A stretch of 63,437 bases of DNA, filler included, from Octopus bimaculoides (Eukaryota): the NCBI RefSeq assembly GCF_001194135.2. It is 7 parts of 6 records of this genome, joined end to end, with 100 filler letters (N's around TTAATTAATTAA, not from the genome) between each part and the next. Parts side by side here need not be neighbours in the genome. Positions count along the whole stretch, not along the records: positions 1 to 31,018 come from NC_068983.1; 6 more parts are not named here. One strand, given 5' to 3'. Of the stretch, positions 12,285-24,333 are shown piece after piece. Position 1 is the first letter of the stretch. Every line of letters begins with the position of its first letter. The notes below the pieces were generated by a model. That model worked only from the letters and a program-made list of their open reading frames with translations, did not search any database and was not told where the DNA came from. A program made the position numbers and the translations under genes.

Positions 12285-13240
12285 ACGAAGACAGGTGTGT
12301 AAACAACAAACGTATTAATTTAACGCTCGGGAAGTGAGAAAATCTTTTACGGTTCGAGCCTACGCTCTTCCAGAGAAAGGAACACAGAAATAAACAGGGT
12401 GAGCAAATAAAAAAGGTTTTGGTGGCTAGCGATCTATCATGGCGAACGCCGGACAGAGGGTCACACAGGACAACTAGGAAGAAGGGGGGGGGATAATAAA
12501 GTAGTGGTGATTCGAAAACGAAGGTGCACGTGCGTGTGTATGTGAGAGCGTGTATGTGCGTGTGGAAGGCGGCTGGTGACCTTGACGTGTGCGTGTGTGC
12601 ATGTGTAGGTGTTTGGATGCTGGGAAGTGGTCAGTGCTAGTGTGTGCGGTGTGGAGTGATGTGGTGTGGCATGGTGGTGTGTGGTGTGGTGGTGTGTGGT
12701 GGTGTGGTGGTGTGGGGTATGTTGTGGTGGTGTGTGGTATGTTGTGGTGGTGTGTGGTATGTTGTGGTGGTGTGTGGTATGTTGTGGTGGTGTTGGGGTG
12801 TGGAGGAGGTGAGAATGGGGGAAGCAAGGGTGAGTGAAAGGGATGGGGTATGGTGGGATGGGATGTATAGGGATAGTGGAGTTGGAATCTGTAGGGGTGG
12901 GGTAACGAGGATGGGGGTTACGATGAAGTGAGAGGGTGGAAGGAAGAAGGTGGGTAGGAGTGAAGAGGGGAAGTTTGTGTCAGAGCAAGAAAGGTGGGTG
13001 GGATGAAGTAGGTGTGAGAGGAAGAGAGGATGAAAAGGAGAGGAGAGTTGAGCCCATGTGGCGCAAAGGAGCGAAGAGAGAAGATTAATCCTTGTTCACG
13101 GCGAAGACGCGAGTCCTGATGGCTCCTGTGCAAGGACAATCCGAACACAGACAGGTGTTGTAAAGAATGACCGGTAGAGCAGAAATGGCACGAGAGTGGG
13201 GTGTCGCTGAAAAGTTTGATATCTGTGTGAAACAAAGAAG
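12285..13240 (-). mobile_element. Penelope-like element 3' end: GIY-YIG C-terminus, GT/GGT-rich spacer and pLTR-like end
   Basis: ORF 12918-13235 reads HFCSTGHSLQHLSVFGLSLH..RLRREQGLIFSLRSFAPHGLN, the typical PLE endonuclease C-terminus. The terminal 12285-12480 block recurs at 61307-61510. Confidence 0.8.
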
Positions 13241-14091
13241 TGCATGCTAATCAGTGCAAGGAAGTTCTGAGCAACATTTCTGTATACATTTTAATCTAAG
13301 AGGAAATTATACTAAATAACATCTCTATTTCTCTAATATTGACATTATTTGGTGGGGCTTGCACTATGTGGTTTAGCTTGACGTTGAAACTACTTCTAAC
13401 TTGGATTTCTAAATACTTCTAAATATTTCTACTGGACGACATATCTCTACCAGTGCTTGTACCAATATCTACTGTGTATTACATTACCAAATCGATAGGA
13501 CAAAATACAAATAGTGCAGAACCTTGCAGCCTGCTTTCCAATATGCTTAGTTTCTATGTAAGCATGTAAACATTTACGTATGCATGCATGTATGCATGTC
13601 TGCATGTATATATATATATATGCATGCATGTACACATGCATACATACCCACTAGTTTATCGTCTCTTATCATTTATACGAACATATTGACATTTTAGCTT
13701 TTCATTCCTTATAATTTTCCATGAAATACATTAAGACTAGACGGAAATAAATCAATTCTAAATACAGACACGCTTTAGCCTTGCGATGACGTAGACATTT
13801 TGTCTGGCGAAAAAGAAGGTAATTTGGATCTATAAAGGAGACAAGGAAACGATTGACATATGCTGAAACGGTCAGTCGCAACCTGCTTATCACTTTATTG
13901 TCCTTAAGCGTTTTTCCTTCTTGACTTTATTTTCTAATCTTTATATTCTAATCTGCCGTCTTATAATCTGACCTTTAAGTAGAATAGAAGTTTAAAGACA
14001 ATCGAACCCCTTTTATTATTTTTATTATCATTATATCTTTATCTTTCATTCTTACTTTCATTTATCTATTTTTTTCTATATATTTCCTATC

Positions 14092-14218
14092 TACGAGGTC
14101 TGATCAAAAAGTATCCGGACTGTTGCTATAGTACCGAAGCTAAAAAGCACGCCGAGTAAAGCCGTTTGGCACAGATTGACTTTGAACTTCGTTGTGCATG
14201 CGCACTAAGTTTTAAACT
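14092..14218 (+). mobile_element. Solitary mariner-type terminal fragment
   Basis: Begins TACGAGGTCTGATCAAAAAGTATCCGGAC, a mariner-like TIR start. No partner TIR was seen. Confidence 0.5.
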
Positions 14219-14379
14219 ATCCTGTGATCCTTCCAAGACGAAAAATACGTCATCAATGAACCGTAACCAAAGTTTTGTTTCATGACCATGAAGAGATTTG
14301 AATGTCTTCAGTAACTGTCTCGAATTTCGTCATGAAGACATTAGCGAAATTATTAGCGAAATTAGCTGCCATGATGGGG

Positions 14380-14435
14380 ATAAATAATAATAATAATAAT
14401 GATAATAATAATAATAATAATAATATTATTAATAA
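14380..14435. repeat. (AAT)n microsatellite abutting the R4/Dong-like fragment
   Basis: Direct reading of the sequence. Confidence 0.95.
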
Positions 14436-14439
14436 TCAG

Positions 14440-16600
14440 TGTTGCAGACAACATAAGAAAATTAATTAGGTTTAGCATGAAGATATGGAAAGTAGATTTC
14501 TAGTCAAGTGACACAGCCTTAAGGACACTTGAGAGAAATTTTCCAAGGAGACTCGTTATCCCCTTTAATATCCATCTTATGTTTAATCCCACTCAGTTTA
14601 GTAATAAGGAAGGCAAAGATCAGATATCAGTCCAGGAATAGTAAAAGAAAAATTAACCATTTGCTCTACATGGATAATCTGAAACTTCTTGGTAAGAATA
14701 AAAAAACAGATAGAAATAATATATTTCTAAACCTCTCAAAGAGATTTATGCAGTAGTGATACGAAAAAGTAGTTGTATGTTGTCAACTTAATGTGACAGT
14801 GCCATGAAGGGAATAATACTACTGCTATTTAGCCCTAGGAAGCTGCACAGCTTCCTGTCAGCCTTGACACATTTCCTGTGTCCTTATGTTTACAAGGGGG
14901 AGACAAGCACCTCCACCCAGCTAAGCTTGCATATCCAACTAGCAGGTCATGCTACTCCAGACTGACGACGAGCAAAGACTCAGAAACATGTCTCTGGATG
15001 CAGGCTTAGCTGGGAGGAGGTGATTGTCTCCTCTTTGTAAACATAAGAACATAGGAAATGTGTCAAGGCCAACAGAAAGCGGTACAACTTCCTAGGGCTA
15101 AATAGCAGTAGTATTATTCCCTTCATGGCACTGTCACGTTAAGTTGACAACAAAAATAGATAGCTTTTTAAATATTAACTGTAAGACTCTTCAGCATAGA
15201 ATTTGGCATAGATAAGTGTGTAATATTAGTTATGGAAAAGGGACAGGTATTCAAACGTGAAGGTGTCCAATGACCAAACGAACAGTCATTAAAATCATTG
15301 AAAGGAGAGAGCTATAAGTATCTAGGAGTATTAGAATCTGACAGAATACTAACTATAGAAATGAAAACAAAATTTGAGAAGGAGTACATCAGAAGGATGT
15401 GGAAGCTAATAAAGTCAAAGCTAAATGGTCTGAATCTAGTGAATGCTGTAAATACTTGGAAGCTCGTTACTTAGATACCCAGGAGCCTTTGTAGATTGGA
15501 CAGAATCTGAATTAGCAAATCTAGACAGAAGAACTAGGAAGGAATTCAATATGAATGGAGGTCTCCACCCAAGATCAGCAGTAGCAAGATTATAGTTACC
15601 TAGAAAGGAAGGTGGAAGAGGATTAATATCAGTGGAAGACTGCGTGGAGTTAGCTAGAGTAGATATAGACTCCTATGTAGGTAATAGTGAAGAAATTTTA
15701 TTAAGAGCTGCTAAATTCACAGTAGGACACAGGGAAACCAAAAAGCCAAATGAAGCTAGAAACCAGAAAAAAAAGAAAGATTATCTGAATGGCAAGAGCC
15801 GGTTTTGCATGGTAGATTCTCAAAGATAGTTGCAGCAAATACTAATAGTGAGACACGGTTATGGTTGCAGAGAGGAATAATTAAAAACGGAAATAGGAAG
15901 TTTGTTAGCAGCAGTACAATATGAAGCACTGAGGAGTAATTGAATAAAAGCCAAGGTAGACAAAAACCGGGTAGATTCTCAATGTAGGTTACGTAAATCA
16001 AAAGAGGAAAGTGTTACTCATATAGTAAGAGAATGTAGCATGCTGGCACAGAAAGAATACAAGAAAAGATATGACAACTTAGGAAGAGTAATGCACTGGG
16101 AGTTATGTAGATAGCTAGGATTTGACCATACTGATAAACAATATGAACATGAACCTTGTAAAGTACTAGAAAGTAAGAAATATAAGATGTTGTTAGACTT
16201 TAACATTCAAACTAATAGAAACTAGAAGTCCTGATTTAGTAGTAGTAGACAAAATGAATATAAATTGCTAGATAACTGACTTTACAGTTCCAAATGATGA
16301 GAAAGTCAATATGAGAGGTATAGAGAAAACAGTAAATGGACTTAGCCATTGAGTAACAAAGCCTGTGGAAAGTGCGGGTAAAATGTATCCCTGTAGTTAT
16401 AGGTGCATTAGGAACCATCCCTAAATATTTGAAAAAAAAATGGATAGAGGTAATAGGCACAAAACCTAGTTTAGAGCAGCTCCAGAAAACAGTGTTGTTA
16501 GGGACAGCTAGAATGCTTAGGAGGGCTTTTGGCGTCTAAAGTTACTTTTTGTAGCCCGATGTCAAGAATTTTTCTTTTCCAACAGTTTAATCTGGTGTGT
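14440..16600 (+). mobile_element. R4/Dong-type non-LTR retrotransposon, 5'-truncated (RT C-half, zinc knuckle, restriction-like endonuclease), interrupted by a MITE
   Basis: REIFQGDSLSPL..INHLLYMDNLKL, EFGIDKC, YKYLGVLE, LHPRS..RL.LPRKEGGRGLISVEDC, a degenerate CCHC region (ESVTHIVREC), PDLVVVD and QLQKTVLLGTARMLRR. Many stops and frameshifts. Confidence 0.88.
14778..15152. mobile_element. Palindromic MITE with ~155-bp TIRs nested in the R4/Dong RT
   Basis: tgttgtcaacttaatgtgacagtgccatgaagggaataatactactgctatttagccctaggaag... is mirrored by ...cttcctagggctaaatagcagtagtattattcccttcatggcactgtcacgttaagttgacaaca. Confidence 0.9.
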
Positions 16601-16619
16601 GCAAACAGATAGACTGAAC

Positions 16620-18245
16620 TCATGATTTAAAACTGGGTTAGATAGGAGTCCTTAGTCACAGTGTTGACAGCCTGTCAGTTCAGTGTACAACGACTCCATG
16701 CCTGGGATGAAGGCGAATGAACTGTGAATCGGGATTTAACTCCAGAGCAAAATTTGGATGAAGATACGGAACCAACTGACGTGCACCTATCTCCTAGTGA
16801 GGATCATGATCATGGTCCCCAAAACACAAAAATGCGAAGGGAACATGCCGAACTTATGGGAAGTAAATGCTCTGCAGTCTTAGTTGACAATCTTATTAGA
16901 GATGGTGTCTCGATAAAAATAGCGATTGGTGGCTAAACTTAAGACACAAACCTCAATGTTGGGTGAAAATGTCTAATACAAATGTATGAAATAATGGTTT
17001 TAATGAGGCTGGAACCAAAGGTGAAAGCCTTTCACACAGCAGGTGCCCTTTGGTTGAGCAGCACAGGCACTGTCGTCAGCCAGAAGCAGAGAAGAAGGTG
17101 GGATAAGGAGGCAAACTTAACGGTAACTGAATGCTAGATCAGAAGTGAAACCAGTAACAGGGGATTCCGACAGTGAATGAAAGCAAAATGGAATGAAATA
17201 GGACATTTCGAAATAAGTGAGCAACGGCTAACCGACCAGGCAAGAGCAATAGAGTGGTTAAAGACATGGAAGTTGAAGAGATAAAAGGTGAAGTAGAAAA
17301 TATAATAATACTTCACCAACAGATAAATTGCACAGCGAGGACAGAGAACTAAATGGTGGCAATGAAAACGTAGAGCAAAGTGTAAATGTAAATTCATTCT
17401 CAGCAAATGAAACAGAAGAAATGGGAAGAGCTATATGGCAAGAATACGATGAAAACCAACAAGATATAGTGAGGATGATGTGCCGATATATTAGAGAAGA
17501 GCAGGATCAAGTGCCTGCCAATCTGAGGTACATTGATCGATGCAAGCTCAAAGTTGAAACCGAAAATATTGATTCACTTCTTGTGCTAGTCCAGGTGAGA
17601 AATATAACAGAAATTAACAAGATTATTTTGGCTGCAGCTATGGTTGCTGCAGATAGAGTTGGATACAAAAGAAGAGAACAAACAGAACGTAAAGAACCAT
17701 ACTGATGTAGACGAATTTGTGAGAAACAAAGTTAAAAAACATTTAGGTCAAGCTGATAGATTGAGGAGAATTACAAAACGAAAGCATAAGAATAATGCAG
17801 GAAAGAAGATATATAATACGAGGTAAAGGTTATGATGTGATATTGGAAGAATTGAAACAAAGAGTAGTAGCGATCAAAGCAAAACTGAAAAGATATGACA
17901 ATAGAACAAAACAATTCAGGCAAAACAGATTGTTTGAAGCAAATCAGAGAAAAAACTGTTTCAGGAACTAGATTGGCAAATGCACGTAACAATGATACCA
18001 GATGCAGAAGAAAGCAAAGTATTCTGGACAGAGATCTGGGACCAACCTGTAGAGCATAATGATGAAGCGGAGTAGCTGTATGAAATCCAAGATAGGTAAA
18101 GAAATATAGAAGTCCAAGAAGGCATAAAAATAACTATAGAAATGATAAAAAAGCAGTTAAGAAAATTCCTAAATTGGAAGAGCCCAGAACTGGATGGGGT
18201 CCAAGGTTACTGGATGAAGAAGCTGAGAGGGTTCCATGAAAGGAA
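16620..18245 (+). mobile_element. R4/Dong-type element 5' half (5' region, N-terminal ORF, start of RT), 3'-truncated
   Basis: SNRGFRQ..KWNEIGHFEISEQRLTDQARAI, NITEINKIILAAA..RVG..KEPY, LEELKQRVVAIKAKLKRYDNRTKQFRQNRLFEANQR, PDAEESKVFWTEIW and QLRKFLNWKSPELDGVQGYWMKK. Confidence 0.82.
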
Positions 18246-18319
18246 ATCAAGATATTACAGAGTTGGCCAACACCTACATATCTTGGGTGAGGGGGTAAGT
18301 CGTTTGCATAAGCCCCAGT

Positions 18320-18450
18320 GCTCAGCTGGTACTTTTTTATCATCATATTTATTTTATCATACTGAAAGGTAAGGTAGACGTCGGCGGCATTTAAAATCAG
18401 AACGTAAACTGGAAGAAATGCCGCTCAGCATTTTGTACGACCGTGTGTCA
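18320..18450 (-). mobile_element. tRNA-derived SINE family B (Meta-domain-like), decayed copy
   Basis: Shares cagtgctca.ctggtactt...aaggtagacgtcggcgg.attt.aa.tcagaacgtaa...gaaatgccgct.agcatttt with the copies at 21990, 32165 and 59680. The A/B boxes read on the minus strand. Confidence 0.6.
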
Positions 18451-19248
18451 AGGAGTGAATTATGCAGTGTGTCCTTTCTCTCTTTTTAAAATGGAAGAGA
18501 TTTTGGAGAGGGAATTGGCTGGTATTTCTTGCATGCTGCTCAATGTTGTAAAGGTCACTTCCTCGGTTCATCAATGAAGATGCCAGCCTTGATCAACCAA
18601 ACTATAGCTCGAACGTATACCATGCACTTTTGCATCCGTTTTTGAAATGGTAACGTGTGGTTTAATGGAGATTTGGCTGCAATATTAGCAGGATGTGTAC
18701 CCATTTAATGGCGGCTTCATCGACTCACTAAGGAAGACGGCGTAGATTTCAGTGCTGAAACAGTGATTCATTAAAGCTTACGTGGCGCTTTAATTTCGTT
18801 AAAAAATATCTCTTTTTTGTATGGCTAACTTGAAATGAACGACATAATGCCATGATTTAAAATATATGACTATATCATTATTGACAGTAGAAAGCCGTAC
18901 AGCTCTTGGCAGTGGATCAGTTTCATTTCATTTCAGACTACAATGCATATGCTATTTCAGAATCAAATCAATCTGTTTAGATTCAGAAACGTATCAGATT
19001 CTGACAAGTACAGAAATCCTTTCTTTTCCTCATGATTCCTATTTTTCATATCGATAAATAGGTTTTCAATCATGTTTTGATTGGTATGATTTCCATATAT
19101 TTACGTATCCAATAATATATCAATAAGCAACATTATACAAAGACTCGTAAAGGTTACCTGGATTGAATTTCCAGTTGCATGAAAGAGACAAGCAATAAAT
19201 TAAGAAGCAACAACAATTAATATATATAAAATTACTGTAACATTCATG

Positions 19249-19286
<38 letters not shown>

Positions 19287-19889
19287 ATTTGGGGATGGTC
19301 ATGTTGCCAGTTTAGCCANNNNNNNNNNGGGATGGTCATGTTGCCAGTTTAGCCAATAAATATATGTATATATATATATATATATATATACATACATGCA
19401 TGCATATACACACATATATGCATATATACATACATATATAAAATCACTTTCGCCGGTGCAAATTACTCGGCAAAGAGAGAGGAAGGTTTAATCCTTTAAT
19501 CCAGTTAGTGGATATCTCTGTTGGATATTTTTAACATACAATGTTGTGCAGCGGAATTACAAACAACCAATAATCACCAACCAAATCGGAATCAAATGAC
19601 ATGTTAGAGAAGAATGGTGAACGTTTATTTTATGATAACTAATGGAGTAGTTTCTCCAAAGCCATAAAACATTGCACTCAACAATGCAATCTAACGAACC
19701 CCTTATCAGTCAGTTCTATAGCGCTGCTTTTTGTAATGAATTTTGTCCTCCCTTTGATAGCTATTTATAAAAGCACTTAGTTACGACAACATTCTAATGG
19801 CTCACTCTTATCTTCAGGGCTAGTGCATATTCAGACATTAACAATTATTGATACTCTGCAAGGTTCTGGTTAGACACACAATGGATTAA

Positions 19890-20240
19890 TCATCCTCCCA
19901 TCCCGGATGGTGGTGGTGCCGCTCCAAAAAGCGCCATCTGACTGATTGACATAAAGTCAGTCAAAGTCACACACGAGCCTCTGGTTCATAGGTGTACTAT
20001 CTCTTTAATACATTGGCATCTGCACCACGGCGCCAGATGTACTAATGCTACTTGTACACTGGCATTTCCCTCCTGATCGTCTCTTTTCTCATCGTACATG
20101 TGCCCAGTCCATCTAGACCACGCACTAATGATTACACCCCATCCTTCTTCCTCAGACCCGTAGCTCTCTGAAAATTCTCTCCCGGCTCATATCTTATATG
20201 TATTTATTGCGAAAGTTTCTAAGGAATATTAATAACATCA
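19890..20240 (-). mobile_element. Possible RTE-like LINE 3' end remnant
   Basis: The minus strand resembles the LR..LG..I..VR..RL.W.GHV.RM region followed by a ..ggatgggaggatg tail. Heavily decayed. Confidence 0.3.
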
Positions 20241-20419
20241 ATTTCACCTGTCTTGGTGAGCATCCTCAAGCTATTGGTTCTTCTGCAAATGAAACAAAAT
20301 GTAGACAGGCTATAACCTACTATTTTCAGTCTCTTACTAATTCGATCAACGACACATTATAAAGATGTTTCTACACTGTATTGAGAATTTAAAACGAACG
20401 TCCATAAAACTATCTAAAT

Positions 20420-21180
20420 TCATTTATGAGAGATAGCAGCGTTCAGATATGGAATAAAACACTGCTGCAAATGCTGTGTCTGTTAGATAGTAGCAAGGTG
20501 ATCAGATAATAAGAACATTTGATTGTCTTCACTTTTAGTTTATTAAGCCAACACTTGACGAGGTGCTATCCTCATCTGAAGCTGCTTGAAAACCTCTCTT
20601 GTGTTTAAATTCTCAGTGAGGCTAAATATACATGGAACTTACTCCTTATACCAACGGTAATCAAATAAACATATTTTATATAAGTTATGCATACAACAGC
20701 AAACTGTAACACACATGCAGGCGCACATACGCAAGCACATGCATGTATCTAGTGATGGATAGTTTCCAGACAGTGTTAGTTTGTATTCATCTGCTAAAAC
20801 AGAGAATGGAAAAATTAAATGAATAAAAAATGTAACTTCTAAGGAATGCTATTGATATGTGTTTATTATTGAGGAATGTGAAGAAAAGTTCTTCGTTGAC
20901 GCCAAGAGCAATTTGTTGTGCCTGACTGGAAATATGTTTATAAAGATTTGATTGAAAGATTGACTGAGATATTAATAGCAGCACAAAACAAATCAGTTTG
21001 ACCGACGAATAAAGACTGTTGAATAAAGTACATAGAGATGATCTTTATCAATTTTCTAAAGTTTTAATAGACTAATTGATACTTTGTATATTTCGTTTAC
21101 TCACGTACTACTTTAAAAAAATCCTCTACGTCAGGAAATCCAGAATTTTGCAGCTATGGTGTGAGTCTGTCAAAACTAGT
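20420..21180 (+). mobile_element. Very decayed R4/Dong-like remnant
   Basis: Isolated motifs WNKTL, GNQINIFYI (cf. INHLLY) and LTEILIAAQNKSV (cf. TESLLIAAQ) occur in the expected order. Confidence 0.3.
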
Positions 21181-21989
21181 TTTCGGCAAGTGTATTGTGA
21201 GTTATGCCCGATTGAGGTTGTGAGAATAAGCTTGAAATATATAGAACGCTGCCGCCTATATTTGCAGAATATTCAAGATAATTTTTACCATTGACTAATT
21301 CATTTTCTTACAACATTGTAGTTTGCTAGTTTAATTGTAGTTTGCTAGTTTGCTTTTAATGTCCCATGCATTTAATATGCTAACACAAACTTATCAAATT
21401 GATAATATTGACTAATTATATTGACTTGAGCATTCACAATAAAAACGATCGTAAAATATTTTGAATAATATGTTAGTAAAACATATCGTTTTGAAATATT
21501 TGTCGGAACTACACCGATGTCCGTGAAACGTAATTGGGATTAAATGTTTGAGGAGAGACACAGTGTGTGTGCTTGTATATGCACAAATCTTCAAGATTTT
21601 GTAGGCTTGGCTACCGTGCATGAGCCACGGAGCAATGACTTGCTCAATTGCCATTTGGCGCTCCAGATTTTTATCATTATTCGCTTAAGCTCGGATATAT
21701 CTCTAATGTTAAATTGTAAAAGATCAGATTCTAACATATATAATTCGAAACAGCGTGTATACACTTGCGTGAATATACGTATAGGTAGTTTTACTGCATG
21801 TGAGGAATAATATGTGTGTGTGCTACACGAAACAAACTGTAAAACACAGTAAATTCTCTAATTCTCTAATGTGTACTAACGTTGCTGTGTATTTGAAACC
21901 ATATTTGGTGAAACAGATCGTATACTTTAATTGTTTCTAATTTAGATACACGTCAGAAATTTTGAGGGAAGGGTGTGAGTCACGATCAT

Positions 21990-22140
21990 CGATTGCACTA
22001 CTTGATTAGTACTTTATTTTATCAAGCCGTCAGGAAGAAATGCAACAATGACCTCGATGGAATTTGAACTCAGTGCAAAAAGAGCTGGAGCAAATACTGT
22101 AAGGCATTTTCCCGAAGATCAAATAATTTTTCTAATTCGC
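21990..22140 (-). mobile_element. SINE family B, decayed copy
   Basis: tactttattttatcaagccgtcaggaagaaatgcaacaatgacctcgatggaatttgaactcag aligns with the family B body and B-box. Confidence 0.6.
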
Positions 22141-22399
22141 CGATTTTTGAACTTTTGGTTTCAAAAGACAAAATATATAATTTATGAATTTAAAATAAAT
22201 ACCGATAAATACCAGTAGGTTCATTTGTATTCGAGCTAACCAGGGCATTTGTAGTTGTCATGACTTCAGTTGAGGAGTAGACGCGGCTAGTTTTACAAAG
22301 TTTGAAGATGACAAAGTATATGATGGAAGAGATGCGACAAATTTTGTGTTGAAGTTATGTGATATCACATAATACCATTGCACAAAGTTTATCAACGTC

Positions 22400-22680
22400 A
22401 TTATACTACATCTTCTGAAAATATTGCAGTACCATTTATATCGGTGAGCACTTGGACACCAGGACGATTGCTTTCACGAACAAATTCTACAATTTAAGTC
22501 AGGCTGACCATTCACCACCCACTTCAACAAAATTGACCACTTCTTTAATAACTTATTAGTGTCCAATATCTCTGTACATCATGGATCCACACACTTAAGG
22601 AAAAGGAAAATAGGGTGTTTCATATTCAAATTTGGGACTATGGAAGCGGTGGGTTTAAATGACGTTTCTGATATCGTCCT
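22400..22680 (+). mobile_element. Penelope-like GIY-YIG remnant
   Basis: CSTIYIGE followed by PFTTHFNKIDHFFNNLLVSNISVHHG..RKRKIGCFIFKFGTMEAVGLN, the same motif layout as 12918-13235. Confidence 0.65.
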
Positions 22681-24298
22681 TCACCCTACTTCTAATGCAG
22701 TGATCCCTACATTGCCCTTTTGCATTCCTCTCAAATAATGTTTTCCTTCACCTTACAGTCATCAGAATTTTTTCCTTTTTTATTCTACTTCTTTCCCCTT
22801 TCCTCAATAACCTAGTTTCCATGACCTACTACTTCTTGTTTACAAATGCGCTCTCACGTTATTTTGTGTTATTTACCAGCAGCTGTCTAGTGGTAAAAAA
22901 AAATACAACATAGGATGTAAAACGCTCCAGTTTTCCTTTTATTTCTGTCATTAAGGAAATACTCCGTACAAAACACTGGAAGTTTCACTCTCCAAGTACA
23001 TACATTGTCCTTTCTTTCACTTTCTCGTTCTCTCTCGCCGTCAGTTTCTTTCTCACGATCTCTCTTTCTCTCACTGACAGTGTCTATGCCTATCTGTCTG
23101 ACTATCTACTGCTATATATATACAGATATAGGGCAGGGAATCGTCAATTAGTAATAGGGCTGGTGCCTCTAATTAGATGGTTAAACCGTAACCTTTATAC
23201 GGGACTTTTTTATACGGGACTATTTGTGGCGCACATAGAATAGATTCTTTGGGGTGAAGTGTTTGAACTCACTAGCCGATAAATTCGCAAGTGCCTTCCC
23301 CACGTTGGTTTTTGGTGTCGCATGGCCAAAATTACCGTGAGTTTTTTAGAGACACTTTCAAATTTATCAGAATATTGGGCTGAAGAACGGAATAGAGTAA
23401 CTTCATACTCTTAACCGTGAAACGTCGTACCCAATTAACTAAAGGCAGGTTTGTTTTTGCTTTCCCTTTTGTTTTTGATCTGTGTGTGCCATAAAATATC
23501 GCCATCCGTTAGAGAAAAAATTTATAGTTTAGAATCAGTAGTTCTTTGACTGCTATTTCTAAATTCTCAGTATGTTGGAGAAGCAACTCATGCTAATCCC
23601 TGTATTTTATGATTACTGCTATATATATATATATATNNNNNNNNNNNNNNNNNNNNNNNNNNNNNNNNNNNNNNNNNNNNNNNNNNNNNNNNNNNNNNNN
23701 NNNNNNNNNNNNNNNNNNNNNNNNNNNNNNNNNNNNNNNNNNNNNNNNNNNNNNNNNNNNNNNNNNNNNNNNNNNNNNNNNNNNNNNNNNNNNNNNNNNN
23801 NNNNNNNNNNNNNNNNNNNNNNNNNNNNNNNNNNNNNNNNNNNNNNNNNNNNNNNNNNNNNNNNNNNNNNNNNNNNNNNNNNNNNNNNNNNNNNNNNNNN
23901 NNNNNNNNNNNNNNNNNNNNNNNNNNNNNNNNNNNNNNNNNNNNNNNNNNNNNNNNNNNNNNNNNNNNNNNNNNNNNNNNNNNNNNNNNNNNNNNNNNNN
24001 NNNNNNTATATATATATATATATATATATATTTAACACAAATATATATAGTGATAAAATACGTATGTATGGTGTTACTTCAGTAAGAACGGTGCTTCTGT
24101 TTCTGCACCTAGAAAGTTCTCGAAAGTTGAGTGTTGACAGTTAAACCGTGTAAAACTCTCCACGCCACTAATGGTGCCCAATCAGTAATGATGATATAGA
24201 TTAGAATTTGTGTTGACGCAGGCATTGCCGTCAGAATTTAAAACAGTAGGAATAGATACATTAACGCATTACTTCTGACACTTATATGCATATATATA

Positions 24299-24333
<35 letters not shown>

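Noticed and set aside
12474-12931. Pro/His/Thr-rich or Val/Gly/Trp/Cys-rich ORFs as structural proteins
   Set aside because: They are translations of the (GGT/GTG)n spacer inside the Penelope-like element's 3' region.
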